Notes under the pieces: generated by a model | What the model saw: the letters and a program-made list of their open reading frames with translations, nothing else | The model's database searches: none | Told to the model about the DNA's origin: nothing | From: Macrostomum lignano | Lineage: Eukaryota | Reading direction: 5' to 3' | Length of the DNA stretch: 21,383 bases | Assembly: GCA_002269645.1 (NCBI GenBank) | Contig: NIVC01000400.1 | Span: forward strand, 1-21,383 | Position numbers and translations under genes: made by a program | Shown here: positions 8,671-18,417 of the stretch, piece by piece | Layout: each line of letters starts with the position of its first letter | Numbering within the stretch: the stretch's first letter is position 1

Positions 8671-8671
8671 C

Positions 8672-9292
8672 AACGTTATCTTTGAAGCGTTTCAGAGGGC
8701 CCTTCAAAATCGCAAAGCTCATGCTACCCTCATACGGTGGATCATGTACATGATCTCCAACCGTACGGTCACTGCCCAACTTCTTGGGCAAACTGCCTCC
8801 ACCAGAGTCTGTAAGGGTGGACCCCAAGGCGGAGTCCTCACCCCGACGCTCTGGAACCTGGTCATGGACGCTCTTCTGAGTGACTCCCGACCTGACCCCG
8901 TCTTCAAAGTCGGGTATGCTGATGACGTCACGGCCATTGTGGCAGGACCGTCTCCCAGCACGCTCAGGGATCTGATGCAGAGCTTTATCCGCAAAGCAGA
9001 ATCCTGGGCCAATGACAATGGTTTGGAACTCTCTGAGCCCAAAACCGTTGCCATTATGTTTACCAGCAGACTACGCTGGAACATACGTCCTCTGCAGCTC
9101 TACGGCAGAGATATTGCCTTCGCGCACCAGACCAGATGTCTCGGGGTCACACTTGACCACCGGCTCAACTGGTCCTTCCACGTGAAAGCAAAAGCTAAGC
9201 GTGCCTCAGCCATCCTGGCCCAGCTCCGACGAGCACTTGGCACTTCTTGGGTCTATCCCCAAAGCGGCTTTGGTGGATCTATACTTCCGTAG
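8672..9292 (+). CDS. LINE ORF2 fragment: reverse transcriptase domains
   Basis: GGPQGGVLTPTLWNLVMD, GYADD, LSEPKTVAIMF, CLGVTLDHRLNW; shifts to the next frame at the GGG run 9249-9251 (restoring WGLSPK). Confidence 0.9.
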   Translation, partial: NVIFEAFQRALQNRKAHATLIRWIMYMISNRTVTAQLLGQTASTRVCKGGPQGGVLTPTLWNLVMDALLSDSRPDPVFKVGYADDVTAIVAGPSPSTLRDLMQSFIRKAESWANDNGLELSEPKTVAIMFTSRLRWNIRPLQLYGRDIAFAHQTRCLGVTLDHRLNWSFHVKAKAKRASAILAQLRRALGTSWVYPQSGFGGSILP

Positions 9293-10635
9293 TTAGACCT
9301 GCCATTACGTACGCCTCTGTTGTCTGGGTTAGCGCTACCCAGGTCAAAAGCCATGCAGACCTGCTCAACACGATCCAAGGCAGAGCGTGTAGGCTCATCT
9401 GCAACGCCACCAGGTCCACGCCCTTTGCTGGCATGGGGGCCTTTCTTAATCTTCCGCCTCTTGACCTCTTCATCAGGGGTGAGGCGGCTAGAACGACGCG
9501 GCGTCTAATTGATGCCGGCGTCAAATTCATTTACATGAGAGCACCTGCTAAGCGGAACCTTGTCCCGCATAGCGATCTGTGCCTCAACTTTCTCAACGAG
9601 TGTCAGGCCAATCGCGTCTTCACCGATGGCATTGCCTCAACGCTCAACCTGAGACAGCGCTACTCCGTAGCTATCGACTCGCGCGATAACATCAATGACC
9701 ATTGGAACCCTGGTGAGCTTCATTGCTACACCGACGGTTCTAAGCAGTCAGCCAACACCGGCTTTGGTGTTGGAATCTTTCTGAACGGGAGGGTCATCGC
9801 TACCCACGCTCAATACACTGGGGTCAACTCCAGTGTTTTCCAAAATGAAGTTCTGGCCATCAGCTCCTGCACTGCAGAGCTTCTCGCCACTGGCGTTACT
9901 GGTAAGAACATCATTTTCCATTCGGACAGCCAAGCTGCCTTGCACGCCATCAGTGGCTGCAGCACCAACTCTGCTACAGTCCTTGACTGTATCAAACTCC
10001 TCAATGTGTTGGGTTCCGCCAACAAAATTACCCTTAAGTGGGTTCCGGGGCATTTGGGGATCCGAGGAAATGAGTTGGCTGACACCCTTGCAAAAGTTGG
10101 TGCCTCCGGCTCCTCTCTCGGCCCCGAACCTCTTGTCCCGATTCCTGGCTGTGTCATCGACTCGCGCATCAAAGCGTGGATCAGGACTCAGCACCGCTCG
10201 ACTTGGGCGAACCGCACGAACTGCAGGCAATCCAGAGGCGCTGTCCCTCAGCCCTCTCACCAGCTCCGGAAGCTCCTCTTGCGCCTCTCGCGCAGAGACA
10301 TCCGGGCTGCCACCATGACCCTCTCTGGTCACGGCTGCTTCTCCAGGCACCAGTACCTGCAGGGCAACGCCACCAACGCCACCTGTAGTTTCTGCAACTC
10401 AGGTGACGAAACCGCTGAGCATTTCGTCAGCATCTGTCCCGCCTTCACGCGGGCCAGACTCACTTACCTCGGGCCACACACATCTATTACTGAAGCGTGC
10501 AAACCCGAAAACTTTAATCAGCTCATGCGCTACCTTCGGGCCACCCGCAGGGCTGAACTCTCCTTTCCAGAGAGCACCATAGCTGCTGGCGACACTGGGG
10601 GACCTCCCTGGGCGGCGCCAACCCTCCGTCCATAG
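9247..10635 (+). CDS. LINE ORF2 C-terminal part: thumb/connection, RNase H, CCHC zinc finger
   Basis: VVRPAITYASVVW; RNase H YTDGSK, VFQNEVLAI, HSDSQAAL, WVPGHLGIRGNELADTLAK; SGHGCFSRH and CSFCNSGDETAEHFVSIC. Confidence 0.93.
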   Translation: MGLSPKRLWWIYTSVVRPAITYASVVWVSATQVKSHADLLNTIQGRACRLICNATRSTPFAGMGAFLNLPPLDLFIRGEAARTTRRLIDAGVKFIYMRAPAKRNLVPHSDLCLNFLNECQANRVFTDGIASTLNLRQRYSVAIDSRDNINDHWNPGELHCYTDGSKQSANTGFGVGIFLNGRVIATHAQYTGVNSSVFQNEVLAISSCTAELLATGVTGKNIIFHSDSQAALHAISGCSTNSATVLDCIKLLNVLGSANKITLKWVPGHLGIRGNELADTLAKVGASGSSLGPEPLVPIPGCVIDSRIKAWIRTQHRSTWANRTNCRQSRGAVPQPSHQLRKLLLRLSRRDIRAATMTLSGHGCFSRHQYLQGNATNATCSFCNSGDETAEHFVSICPAFTRARLTYLGPHTSITEACKPENFNQLMRYLRATRRAELSFPESTIAAGDTGGPPWAAPTLRP

Positions 10636-10715
10636 CGACGCGTCGGCCGTTCAGGGACTAGCGGAATGGGCGCCCGCGCCTTCCCGCTGTGTCCCCTCCG
10701 GGACAGCCCTGCAGC

Positions 10716-10733
10716 TAAGTCAAGTAAGTCAAG
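10716..10733 (+). repeat. (TAAGTCAAG)2 tandem 3' tail of the LINE
   Basis: Two exact 9-bp copies 80 nt after the ORF2 stop; short tandem tails are typical non-LTR 3' ends. Confidence 0.6.
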
Positions 10734-10865
10734 AGCTAGGGCTGCTCCTGAAGCGCATCTGTCACGGGAAGTTGCAAACGGGAACTTATTAATTTTTAAT
10801 GGCGCTGCCAAAGCCACTTAACATCGTTGAGAAAGCTGGGGCCAGAGCGAGGGAATTATCAGAAA

Positions 10866-13097
10866 TTAACCATTTGGAAGCCAAAGGCCTGCACCGCAGG
10901 ACATGCCGAAACGGCCCAAAAGCCCAGAGATTGATAAATGTCTATGGCATCAAAAATCATCTCCCAATCACTAAAGCAAGTGCCCAGTATGACCTGCTGT
11001 GCAGGTCATGACTGATTTAAAGAAGTCTATTATGCATTTCCATTATGTTTTCACTCAAATGTTAAAGGTGAAATAAGCGTGTAAAGTGAAAATATGATGT
11101 GATGCACAAATGCATGGTTCCAAACAAAACAAGGACATGAAAAGAAATAAAGTGTAGCAGGTTTCAAGTTAGGAGACGCCAATGCAGGACTGCAGGAATG
11201 CAGGGACCTCAAAGTGTCTCGTGCCAGATCCTGAAGCATGGATCTGGACAGAGACCAGGATTTCCGGGACATTGACTGCAGCAAAATACTGTCTTCTTAG
11301 CTGGAAGGTCAGGTTTCAAAGAGCACATTCGGCATCGTTTGCTTGGGCTTCCGTTACTGGGAGACTCAATTGGCGAATTAATTGGATGGTTGGCCTGCAT
11401 CCGGGCTGGAACCTGAGTCGGTGGCCGAGCGCGTCCCTGTCTTGAGTCGCGGATCAGCGTCTTGATGCTATTCTCTAGGAAATTTAAAAAATTGGCTGTC
11501 CCACCAAATTTCTTGTACAGCGTCCAAGAGTTTCGTCCAAGCGTGAGAATCAGGTGAAACGCGAATTTCTGGAACCATTTGTAGGACTTACAATTTGAAT
11601 GGTAGAGATGCACGGACGCACCGAGTCGATCAACACCGCCCATGTTGCGATTGTACTGGATGACAGCCGTTGGCTTCGGAATTTGTTCAACTTGACCACC
11701 GCGAAGAATTCTGCGAACATCAGGTGCAAGCGGCAGGCATGCTTGTGTCCAGAAGGTAGACAACCTTTGTTCCCGAGGCCTTCTGTCAGCTAGCTTGATA
11801 GCGAGTGTCTGATCGCACCTCATGAAGCCCCGACCCGGAGCAACCACTAATTTTTCTTGCAATTCTCTCGGATACCACGATCCTTTCGAACAGTTCCGGT
11901 GAGCAGTCGTTTTGTTGAACAATTAGATGGCCAATCTGTGTGACGTAAACCAACTGTCCGTGAATTTGTGATATCCTTCACCCAGCAGTTCGCGGCTAAG
12001 CTCAACAACGACTCGTTCGCTCATGGAGAGCTCATCGCATTGGAGACCAGCACCGAAGGTTGCGTGTTCGGCCTCAACAGAATGCAGTAGGAAATTCCAC
12101 AGGTTTCCCGTCGTGGACTCAGTCGGCAATAAAGTTTGATGCCGTATACTTCGCCAATTCCTGCTTGGAATATACTGCTTCAGCAATAGTCTCCCTTATA
12201 CAGAATCAGCGTCTCCTCGATGGCGACATCCTGCTCTGGTCGGTAGGTTTCGCGACAAATTCGGCTAATCAAGTCCAGAAAAGGCCTTACTTTACACAGT
12301 GGGTCGTTGATATTGAACTCTCGGCAGTCGTAGCACCGGAAGTGGGCCAGTAGTTGAAGAAATCGCCAACGGGGAAGGCTCTCGGCTTGCGAAAGTATGG
12401 ATTCCGATACATGACGTCTGTGGACCAGTAGTGGCGTATGGTCGGCTTGCTGTTGATGCCCATGAAGAGCACCATGCCCAGAAACTTTTTCATCTCGGCC
12501 ACACAGCATGGTTTAAGAGCAGACACTCCAACAGGCAACTCTTCCTCGCCAGTTTCTGCACTCTCCTGCTGGAACTCCCTCACTGCCAACCACATTCGCT
12601 CATCGATCCATGTGACAAGACTGGTGAGAAACTCTTCAGTCAGTAAGATAGATAAAAATTCTCTCATACCCTCGTCTGAATTTTCTGGTAGATCGATGCT
12701 TGGATTGATGGTCAAAAACCCTCGGAATTCCGGCACCCCGTCGTGGTCAAACGAGTTGTCATTTCCAGGGGCTACTTCAGCCCATTCCGCGGTCGCCTCA
12801 TCTTGGCTCTGATCAAATTCTGGATTCATGCTGTCTGGCTCCGTTTCTGGAACGGCCAGTCATCGCTTGATGAAGCGTCTTCCGAATCGGAATCCAATCC
12901 CAGTATGCGCAAGGCGTCACTTTTAGCTGTCCTTTTCGGGCGCGTAGAAGCCATTTGTGGGTAGGAAGGTTTGAACAGGAGCTAGCAGAAGAACTCTGTG
13001 GTATACTTTACTTCTGGGCTTTTAGGGTGTGCACCCGATTCAGCAAAAAAGAAATTTGTCCATAGACTGACTGCTCTGCAGGCCTTTGGGCTTTTAA
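10866..13097 (-). mobile_element. Decayed piggyBac-family DNA transposon (termini approximate)
   Basis: Transposase remnants; TTAA at 10866-10869 followed by CCATTT; inverted repeat AAGCC-AAAGGCCTGCA (10878-10893) versus TGCAGGCCTTTGGGCTT (13077-13093), followed by TTAA at 13094-13097. Confidence 0.75.
11209..12954 (-). pseudogene. piggyBac (PGBD4-like) transposase with multiple frameshifts
   Basis: Acidic N-terminus from ATG 12954; IRHYWST, DPLCKVRPF, IEETLILYKG, KQYIPS, YGIKLYC, FTDSWFTS, KPTAVIQYNRNMGGVD, YKWFQK; C-terminal Cys-rich CRMC...CSQC...LCPDPCFRIWH. Confidence 0.92.
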
Positions 13098-13640
13098 GCG
13101 ATCGTACAGAACCAAGCTTGGGCGCGAAGTAACATTTGTTACTGTGGTAACTTGGCCTGCGTGCGCGTCGGGGGCGGGTGCTGGGTTTAAGTTTTTTGTC
13201 TCTCACTCTCGTTGAATGTACTTTGCTAGCGCGGGGTGGAGATTAGGGTGAGTCAGGCGATCGATAATAAAGCAGTTCAGTATAAAGCTGGCTTTTCTGC
13301 CTGCAATGTTGTTTACGCTTTTGTGCCACGATAAAGTTTTTACTTGACTTTATTGTAGATACATTCACTCGTATCCACTCAATGGGCAAGCTGCAAGAAT
13401 TTCTGGCACCTCTTGAGCAACAATTTTCACGGCAATCAATATTTTTTCAATGTGGACGTTAACGACCTCCACACGTGCTTTTGCGAGCTTCATGGCTTAA
13501 GCGAGCCTTCCGCTAAGGCAAGCTGGCAAGAATGCTTTGCCTCTGCTGTCTCCTTCAATGTCAAATTGCTTTCCGTCGAAAAATATTAAGAAAAGCAAAA
13601 AATATTCCCAAGATATCAGGATCTTGGATTGAGACTTCAA

Positions 13641-13701
13641 AGCTGGGAGTGAGATGGGAGAGCTGGGAGTGAGATGGGAGGTGCTGGGAGTGAGATGGGA
13701 G
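13641..13701 (+). repeat. G-rich minisatellite, 3 x 20-21 bp (AGCTGGGAGTGAGATGGGAG)
   Basis: Units at 13641, 13661 and 13681 read directly from the sequence. Confidence 0.9.
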
Positions 13702-14146
13702 AGCACTCAGAGCAGGGTCTGAGATGAAGTGTCCTGTGGTGAGGCTGAAGTGATGGGGTAAGATCTAAATTTACTAATTCTTGGTGACAGGTAGAAATCA
13801 CAGAAATCGTGTTACGGGATCGTTAATTCTTGCTTTTAGTAGCAGTCCAAAAGCTTTTAGTCCAAAAGCTTTTAGGTAGCAGTAACGAGTCAATGTGCTT
13901 ACACTTCTGTGATGGATGCGGAAAGTTTGACAGCAAATATAGTTATTAGAGTTCGCAATGAGGTCCATCGGATTAAAGGCTAAAATGTTCCTCAGGACTG
14001 TGCGACAACTCGGGAGTGCGGGAACTGTGCGTGTTAACTATGCCACTCATCCAGCTGCATCGCACGCGCGTCTCAAAGAAAGTTTCATAAAGTCAGAAAA
14101 TCGACTGCTGCGTGGCAAAGGTTTTTATAATTAGTTTGTCTTCCAA

Positions 14147-15100
14147 TCAGTCGCATACGCGGGCCAGTCCTGCCAGCTGCTCAGCGCTCAGCTTCCCCTG
14201 AGCGATGCCGAAGCAGACGATGGTCCCCGACAGACAGTCATCGTCGCGGTAAGACGAGTAGCCCAGCCGGATCACCGAGTCCACGGCTTGTCCGCTGAAT
14301 GTCGAGCTGACGAAGTCGTAAACCCGGCCATTCAGAAAAGCGAAGGCGCCTGTGACGTTGCTGGCGGCCACGCCCAGGAAGAAGCCGCTGGGATCGGCAT
14401 CCGTCTGCATGAACTTCGAGGTCGAGATAAAACGCTTGCCCAGTTGAGTGTACCTGAAGATCAAGTCTTCGTTGGTCTCGTAAATATCGCACAAATTCTG
14501 ATCCAGCTCAGAGGTGATCTTCATGTACACCGTCTTGGACTTGTAGGGCCGTCGCACCTTCATGAAGAAGCTCACTGCTCTCTCTCCTTTGCGATCGATG
14601 AGCGCCGTGAGACCTCCCGGGATGCTCAGCTTCAGGTATGACGTCATCCTCCCAGCAAAGTGCAGTCCGCTCGAGTCTCTCGTCACGTCGAAGGCCTCGG
14701 AGCTGATGCTTGCGCTGCCCACCGCCTTCTCGAGCGACTCCCTGAAGTCGAAGAAGGCGAGGAGCTGCAGCAGGACGGGGGCCAGCGTGAGGCTGCTGCA
14801 CTGACCGAGTCCTTCCGAGGTCGACCAAAGCGACAGCTGTGAGAAGTCGGCAGCCAGAGAGCAGACGGAGTCTTTGAAGTGAGCCGCCTTGCACTTCGGC
14901 AGCCGCAGCGTGCACACTCGGATGCACTGGAGCTGGGTGGGCAGCTGCAGGAGCTCCGCTGCTGTCGGGTCTGCAGTGGGAGGGCACAGCTGAGTCCACT
15001 GCCACCGCCACCGACTGGCGCAAGCGGGGTTCGAACCCCCGACCTGCTGCAGGGACAGGACCAGCAGGTTAAAAATGAACAGCACCAGCATGGTTGCCAT
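14147..15100 (-). CDS. Secreted protein: signal peptide + PAN/Apple-like domain + ConA-like (LamG3/pentraxin-like) domain; intronless
   Basis: 317-aa uninterrupted GC-rich ORF; hydrophobic N-terminus MATMLVLFIFNLLVLSLQQVGG; PAN-type CIRVCTLRLPKCKAAHFKDSVCSL; LamG-like LLAFFDF...F.G...SYL...FLNG...IRLG...LSGTIVCFGI...LSAEQL. Confidence 0.72.
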   Translation of the reverse strand: MATMLVLFIFNLLVLSLQQVGGSNPACASRWRWQWTQLCPPTADPTAAELLQLPTQLQCIRVCTLRLPKCKAAHFKDSVCSLAADFSQLSLWSTSEGLGQCSSLTLAPVLLQLLAFFDFRESLEKAVGSASISSEAFDVTRDSSGLHFAGRMTSYLKLSIPGGLTALIDRKGERAVSFFMKVRRPYKSKTVYMKITSELDQNLCDIYETNEDLIFRYTQLGKRFISTSKFMQTDADPSGFFLGVAASNVTGAFAFLNGRVYDFVSSTFSGQAVDSVIRLGYSSYRDDDCLSGTIVCFGIAQGKLSAEQLAGLARVCD

Positions 15101-17586
15101 GTTATCGTGAATTGAATCTGTCTGAACTCGGATTCGGAGAAGAAAAGTTGTTGAAGAGAATAGTTGCTATATGCTGTTTTTTAACTCTTTTCCAGGGTGT
15201 GATAGAATTGTTGGTCTCTGATTGGCTGCTTCTCCGGTGGGTTAGTTAGTTCCTCATAACAGTCCTCATAACAGTCTCTTTATTCTACCGGTATACGCTA
15301 TACATGTTTGAGCATAAAGCTGACTTGCTGCGAATCAATACTACATGTCTTCTCTAATACCTGGTGTAAGCTTTCTTCGTGTCAGTTAAATTTTGTATCT
15401 ATACACGTAGGTACTGCTTCTGTAGATAATTTTCATACTCATAATTTATTCACTTCCGTTGCACGAATGTATTCCGACAGTGGCACAGGCGATCGCTTTT
15501 TGGTGAAAGCCCGGAGGACCTAGCGGATTTTCACCTAAATACAGGCCACTCCAAAGAACTTAAAAAGTGTATTAAATTCGTGAATAAAGATGAGCGCGCT
15601 CGCATGACCCATCTGCGATCTCGGCAACCACAAAGCTCTGAGCTTCAAAAAAGCCGTAGCAGAAGCAGAGCCACATATTCAAGCCTGCCTGAGGCTCAAA
15701 TAATGAAGTCAGCACCCAAGACGGAAAGTGGTTCAGTTCCGAAGGTGGCTTTCAAACACCCAAGGACTTCCAACTAAGAGAATTCAGTCAGACATCAACT
15801 GCAGAGACTACTACTCGGGATTCGCAACCAACCCGATGCCAGAAACAATCTGTCGCAAGTACGACGCAAAGTAGCTGCTTACATGTATATTTCTTATTTG
15901 AGTTTCACAACCAGATCTGTATTTCTTTCAAATAAAGAAGCCTAACGTAGATTTAGATAGGGAAAAAAGGAATATAACGGATGTTACAAAATGTTATCTA
16001 CATTTCTGGATAAAAGTTCCATGGATTTTAAATTGACGTGTGCAAATTGACGAACACCTAGCTGGTGGAGAATAAAAAGTTAATATCGGATATACTTTTT
16101 TCTAGAAGGTAAAATGACTTGTCTAAATTCAAGAAAGCTCTGCAAACTTTTTGCATGCTTATGGCAAATAGTGTGATTTCATTTCACAAAAGCGACACTT
16201 TTCAGGAACTTTTCAAATGTTTTCCAATGCAGAAAAGGCGAACTATCTTCTTGGTAGTAATAAAACAAGCACTGAAGCTGCTTTGAACTACCAAGAAAGT
16301 CGTTTTTTACCTTTAATATAGTCTCTAAATAGTTTTCAAGGTCCTTGTCATTTAGTGCAAGTATATATCGCTTTGCTAATTGAGGGTTCATCGGAAGTCA
16401 GAGTTTAAGGCAATGAAAAGTTCTCTGCCACCAACGCTGCGTATAAAACCGAAAAGTAATGCTTTCAAGCGAACGTGCTTTCATTTTAAAGGATTCTCAT
16501 AAAATTTTTCTCCCGAAAGGGGGGCACTAGATTGCTAGTAATTGCTATATATGCTTCTTCAAACTCTGGAAGCTTTTAAGCGTTAAATAATTATAAAAGT
16601 TTTTTCTAACAATTAACTAGACATTAAGTTTTTTGGCTTTCACTTCATTTTACTTTGTTCTTAATAACTTTCAGAGAAAAATACAACCATGTGGGTTTTG
16701 AGGTCGGGGGCTTTGGCGGTTTGGACCTGGTGGGTTCCGTTTAATTCGTTTGTTTCAGCCGTTCAAATCGGTGCGGTTTCGACGATTCAAACAAACTTAA
16801 GCGAAGATCTCGGCTTGCAGATGACGGGGAGCTCCGGCTGCTGAGTTCCTCAGGCTCAGGGGGAGGGTAGCTGTGGTCGTGGCTGAGCGGTCTAGTTTTG
16901 TCGACGATCAGAATGCCGAATGCAGAAATTCGTAGCCGATACGGGAAACTTTAAGATAAGCAAATTTGTCGAGATTGTTACTGATAATAGTAGTTCGCTG
17001 CCACCACCGCGATTATACGCGGGAAAAGCTCTAAAGCTCAAAACTAGCTCGAGTTTTCTCTAGGACTTCTCTTGAGACCGCTAAGGGTCAAATAAAGCTT
17101 CCGAGGTCACGAAGGCTAAGACACCGTTTCAACACAAGATTAAATTGGCAGCTGGCGATTGGCTCCCCTATTGGCAATTGGCACTGAATAAATATTATTA
17201 TTTTACCAACACGAAATTCGAGCCGCAATTATAAGCAAGTTCACTATTCTCAAATTGTAGCAACTTAAATTGATGGGTTGGACGAGGAGCTGGTCGGGTC
17301 GGGATGCTGGGCTTACAGGGTCCTAACGGTCGGGGTAGGGTCCAAACGAGAGTCTAGCCGGGAGAGGAGGGGCGCAGACTCTTAAATACACTCTCATGAG
17401 CCACCGGGAGGAAAGGGGGTTACCCCAGGTGAGACAGGAGAGACACACAGCGGAAAAAGGGGGCGGTACACTGAGCGGTAACGACAAAACACCGGGTGGA
17501 CCGCGGGAAAACAAACGAAAAACTGGAGGAGGTACAGGAGGTACCCAACCATACAAAGCCGAGGCTAATTAAATTATAATCGTATA

Positions 17587-18417
17587 ATGTCACAAAAAGG
17601 CAAACGAAAGAACAACGTTGGGGAACAAGAAGCATCCCCAACAGGCATCTCCCTTCCACCGAACGCGAAATCAAGGCGAGAGACTGTTGATGGCAGCTGC
17701 CTAGCCTGCAACGACGAAGTGCACGAAGGCATTCAATGCGAAAGCTGTCACCGCTGGTGCCACCAGTCCTGCTCCGGCCTAGCAAAGCCAATTTTCACCG
17801 CCATCGCAAATGGCCCTAGCGATAATGGTCTCATATGGACTTGCCGAGATTGCAAGACCCATGCCCGCGCGCTACTTAACAGCGTGGAGCTGCTTAAAGA
17901 CCTCAAAGTCAAGCTGACGGCCCTCGAAGAACGCATAGAAGAGCTAGAGTCGATTGAGAGCGGGAAGCAAACTGTCACCTACGACATCAGCTTTGATGAA
18001 ATCGTGGAGGAAGTCAGGCAGCGCGGTATAAAGAAGAATAACATCATAGTTTTTGGACTCCAAGAAGACGCTAAGCTCGAGGACTTTATGCAGGATGGGC
18101 TCAAAGTGTCCCCCGCAACTGTCCCAATTGTCGCCACCAGGCGGATCGGTCGCGAACAACCTCTCAGCAATCGACCAAGGCCCCTCGTTGTTCGGCTGGT
18201 CAACGATAGCGACAAAGCGGCCTTCTTCGGTAATCTGAGAAACCTGCGCGAAACTGGCTCTGCCTACTCCCGTATTCGGATCGAGAACGACTTAACAGAA
18301 AAGGAACGGGCATTTAAGCAGAAGATTGTTAAAGAGCTTAAGACTCGTCAAGAAAATGGTGAGAAAAACATCCGAATTGGCTATAAGAGGGGAGTTCCCT
18401 TCATTAAAACCTACTGA
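17587..18417 (+). CDS. LINE ORF1: PHD finger, coiled coil, RRM/transposase_22-like domain
   Basis: CLAC...IQCESCHRWCHQSC...WTCRDC (C4HC3); heptads LKVKLTALEERIEELE; NNIIVFGLQE, RRIG, RPRPLVVRL, RIENDLT. Confidence 0.88.
   Translation: MSQKGKRKNNVGEQEASPTGISLPPNAKSRRETVDGSCLACNDEVHEGIQCESCHRWCHQSCSGLAKPIFTAIANGPSDNGLIWTCRDCKTHARALLNSVELLKDLKVKLTALEERIEELESIESGKQTVTYDISFDEIVEEVRQRGIKKNNIIVFGLQEDAKLEDFMQDGLKVSPATVPIVATRRIGREQPLSNRPRPLVVRLVNDSDKAAFFGNLRNLRETGSAYSRIRIENDLTEKERAFKQKIVKELKTRQENGEKNIRIGYKRGVPFIKTY

Larger units (their letters stand above)
8672..10733 (+). mobile_element. 5'-truncated non-LTR retrotransposon, R1/LOA-like (RT-RNase H-CCHC)
   Basis: Starts mid-RT (NVIFEAFQRAL...LIRWIMYMISNRTV); 3' end marked by (TAAGTCAAG)2; no target-site duplication found. 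Confidence 0.88.

Noticed and set aside
10590-10680. HDV-like ribozyme suggested by GCGGAAUGGG and GGCGCC pairing
   Set aside because: Could not build P1, P3/L3 or P1.1; such ribozymes are normally at LINE 5' ends.
13844-13873. Short tandem duplications (AGTCCAAAAGCTTTT x2 here; a similar 12-bp duplication near 15250-15275)
   Set aside because: Ordinary slippage duplications with no further structure.
15300-16500. Possible decayed protein-coding region (ORFs 16179..16391 minus, 15580..15777 plus)
   Set aside because: No recognisable motif; extending the minus frame gives roughly one stop per 25 codons, about random.
16690-17211. Possible solo LTR (AATAAA near 17187, ending CAACA)
   Set aside because: No matching TG start with a target-site duplication and no second copy.
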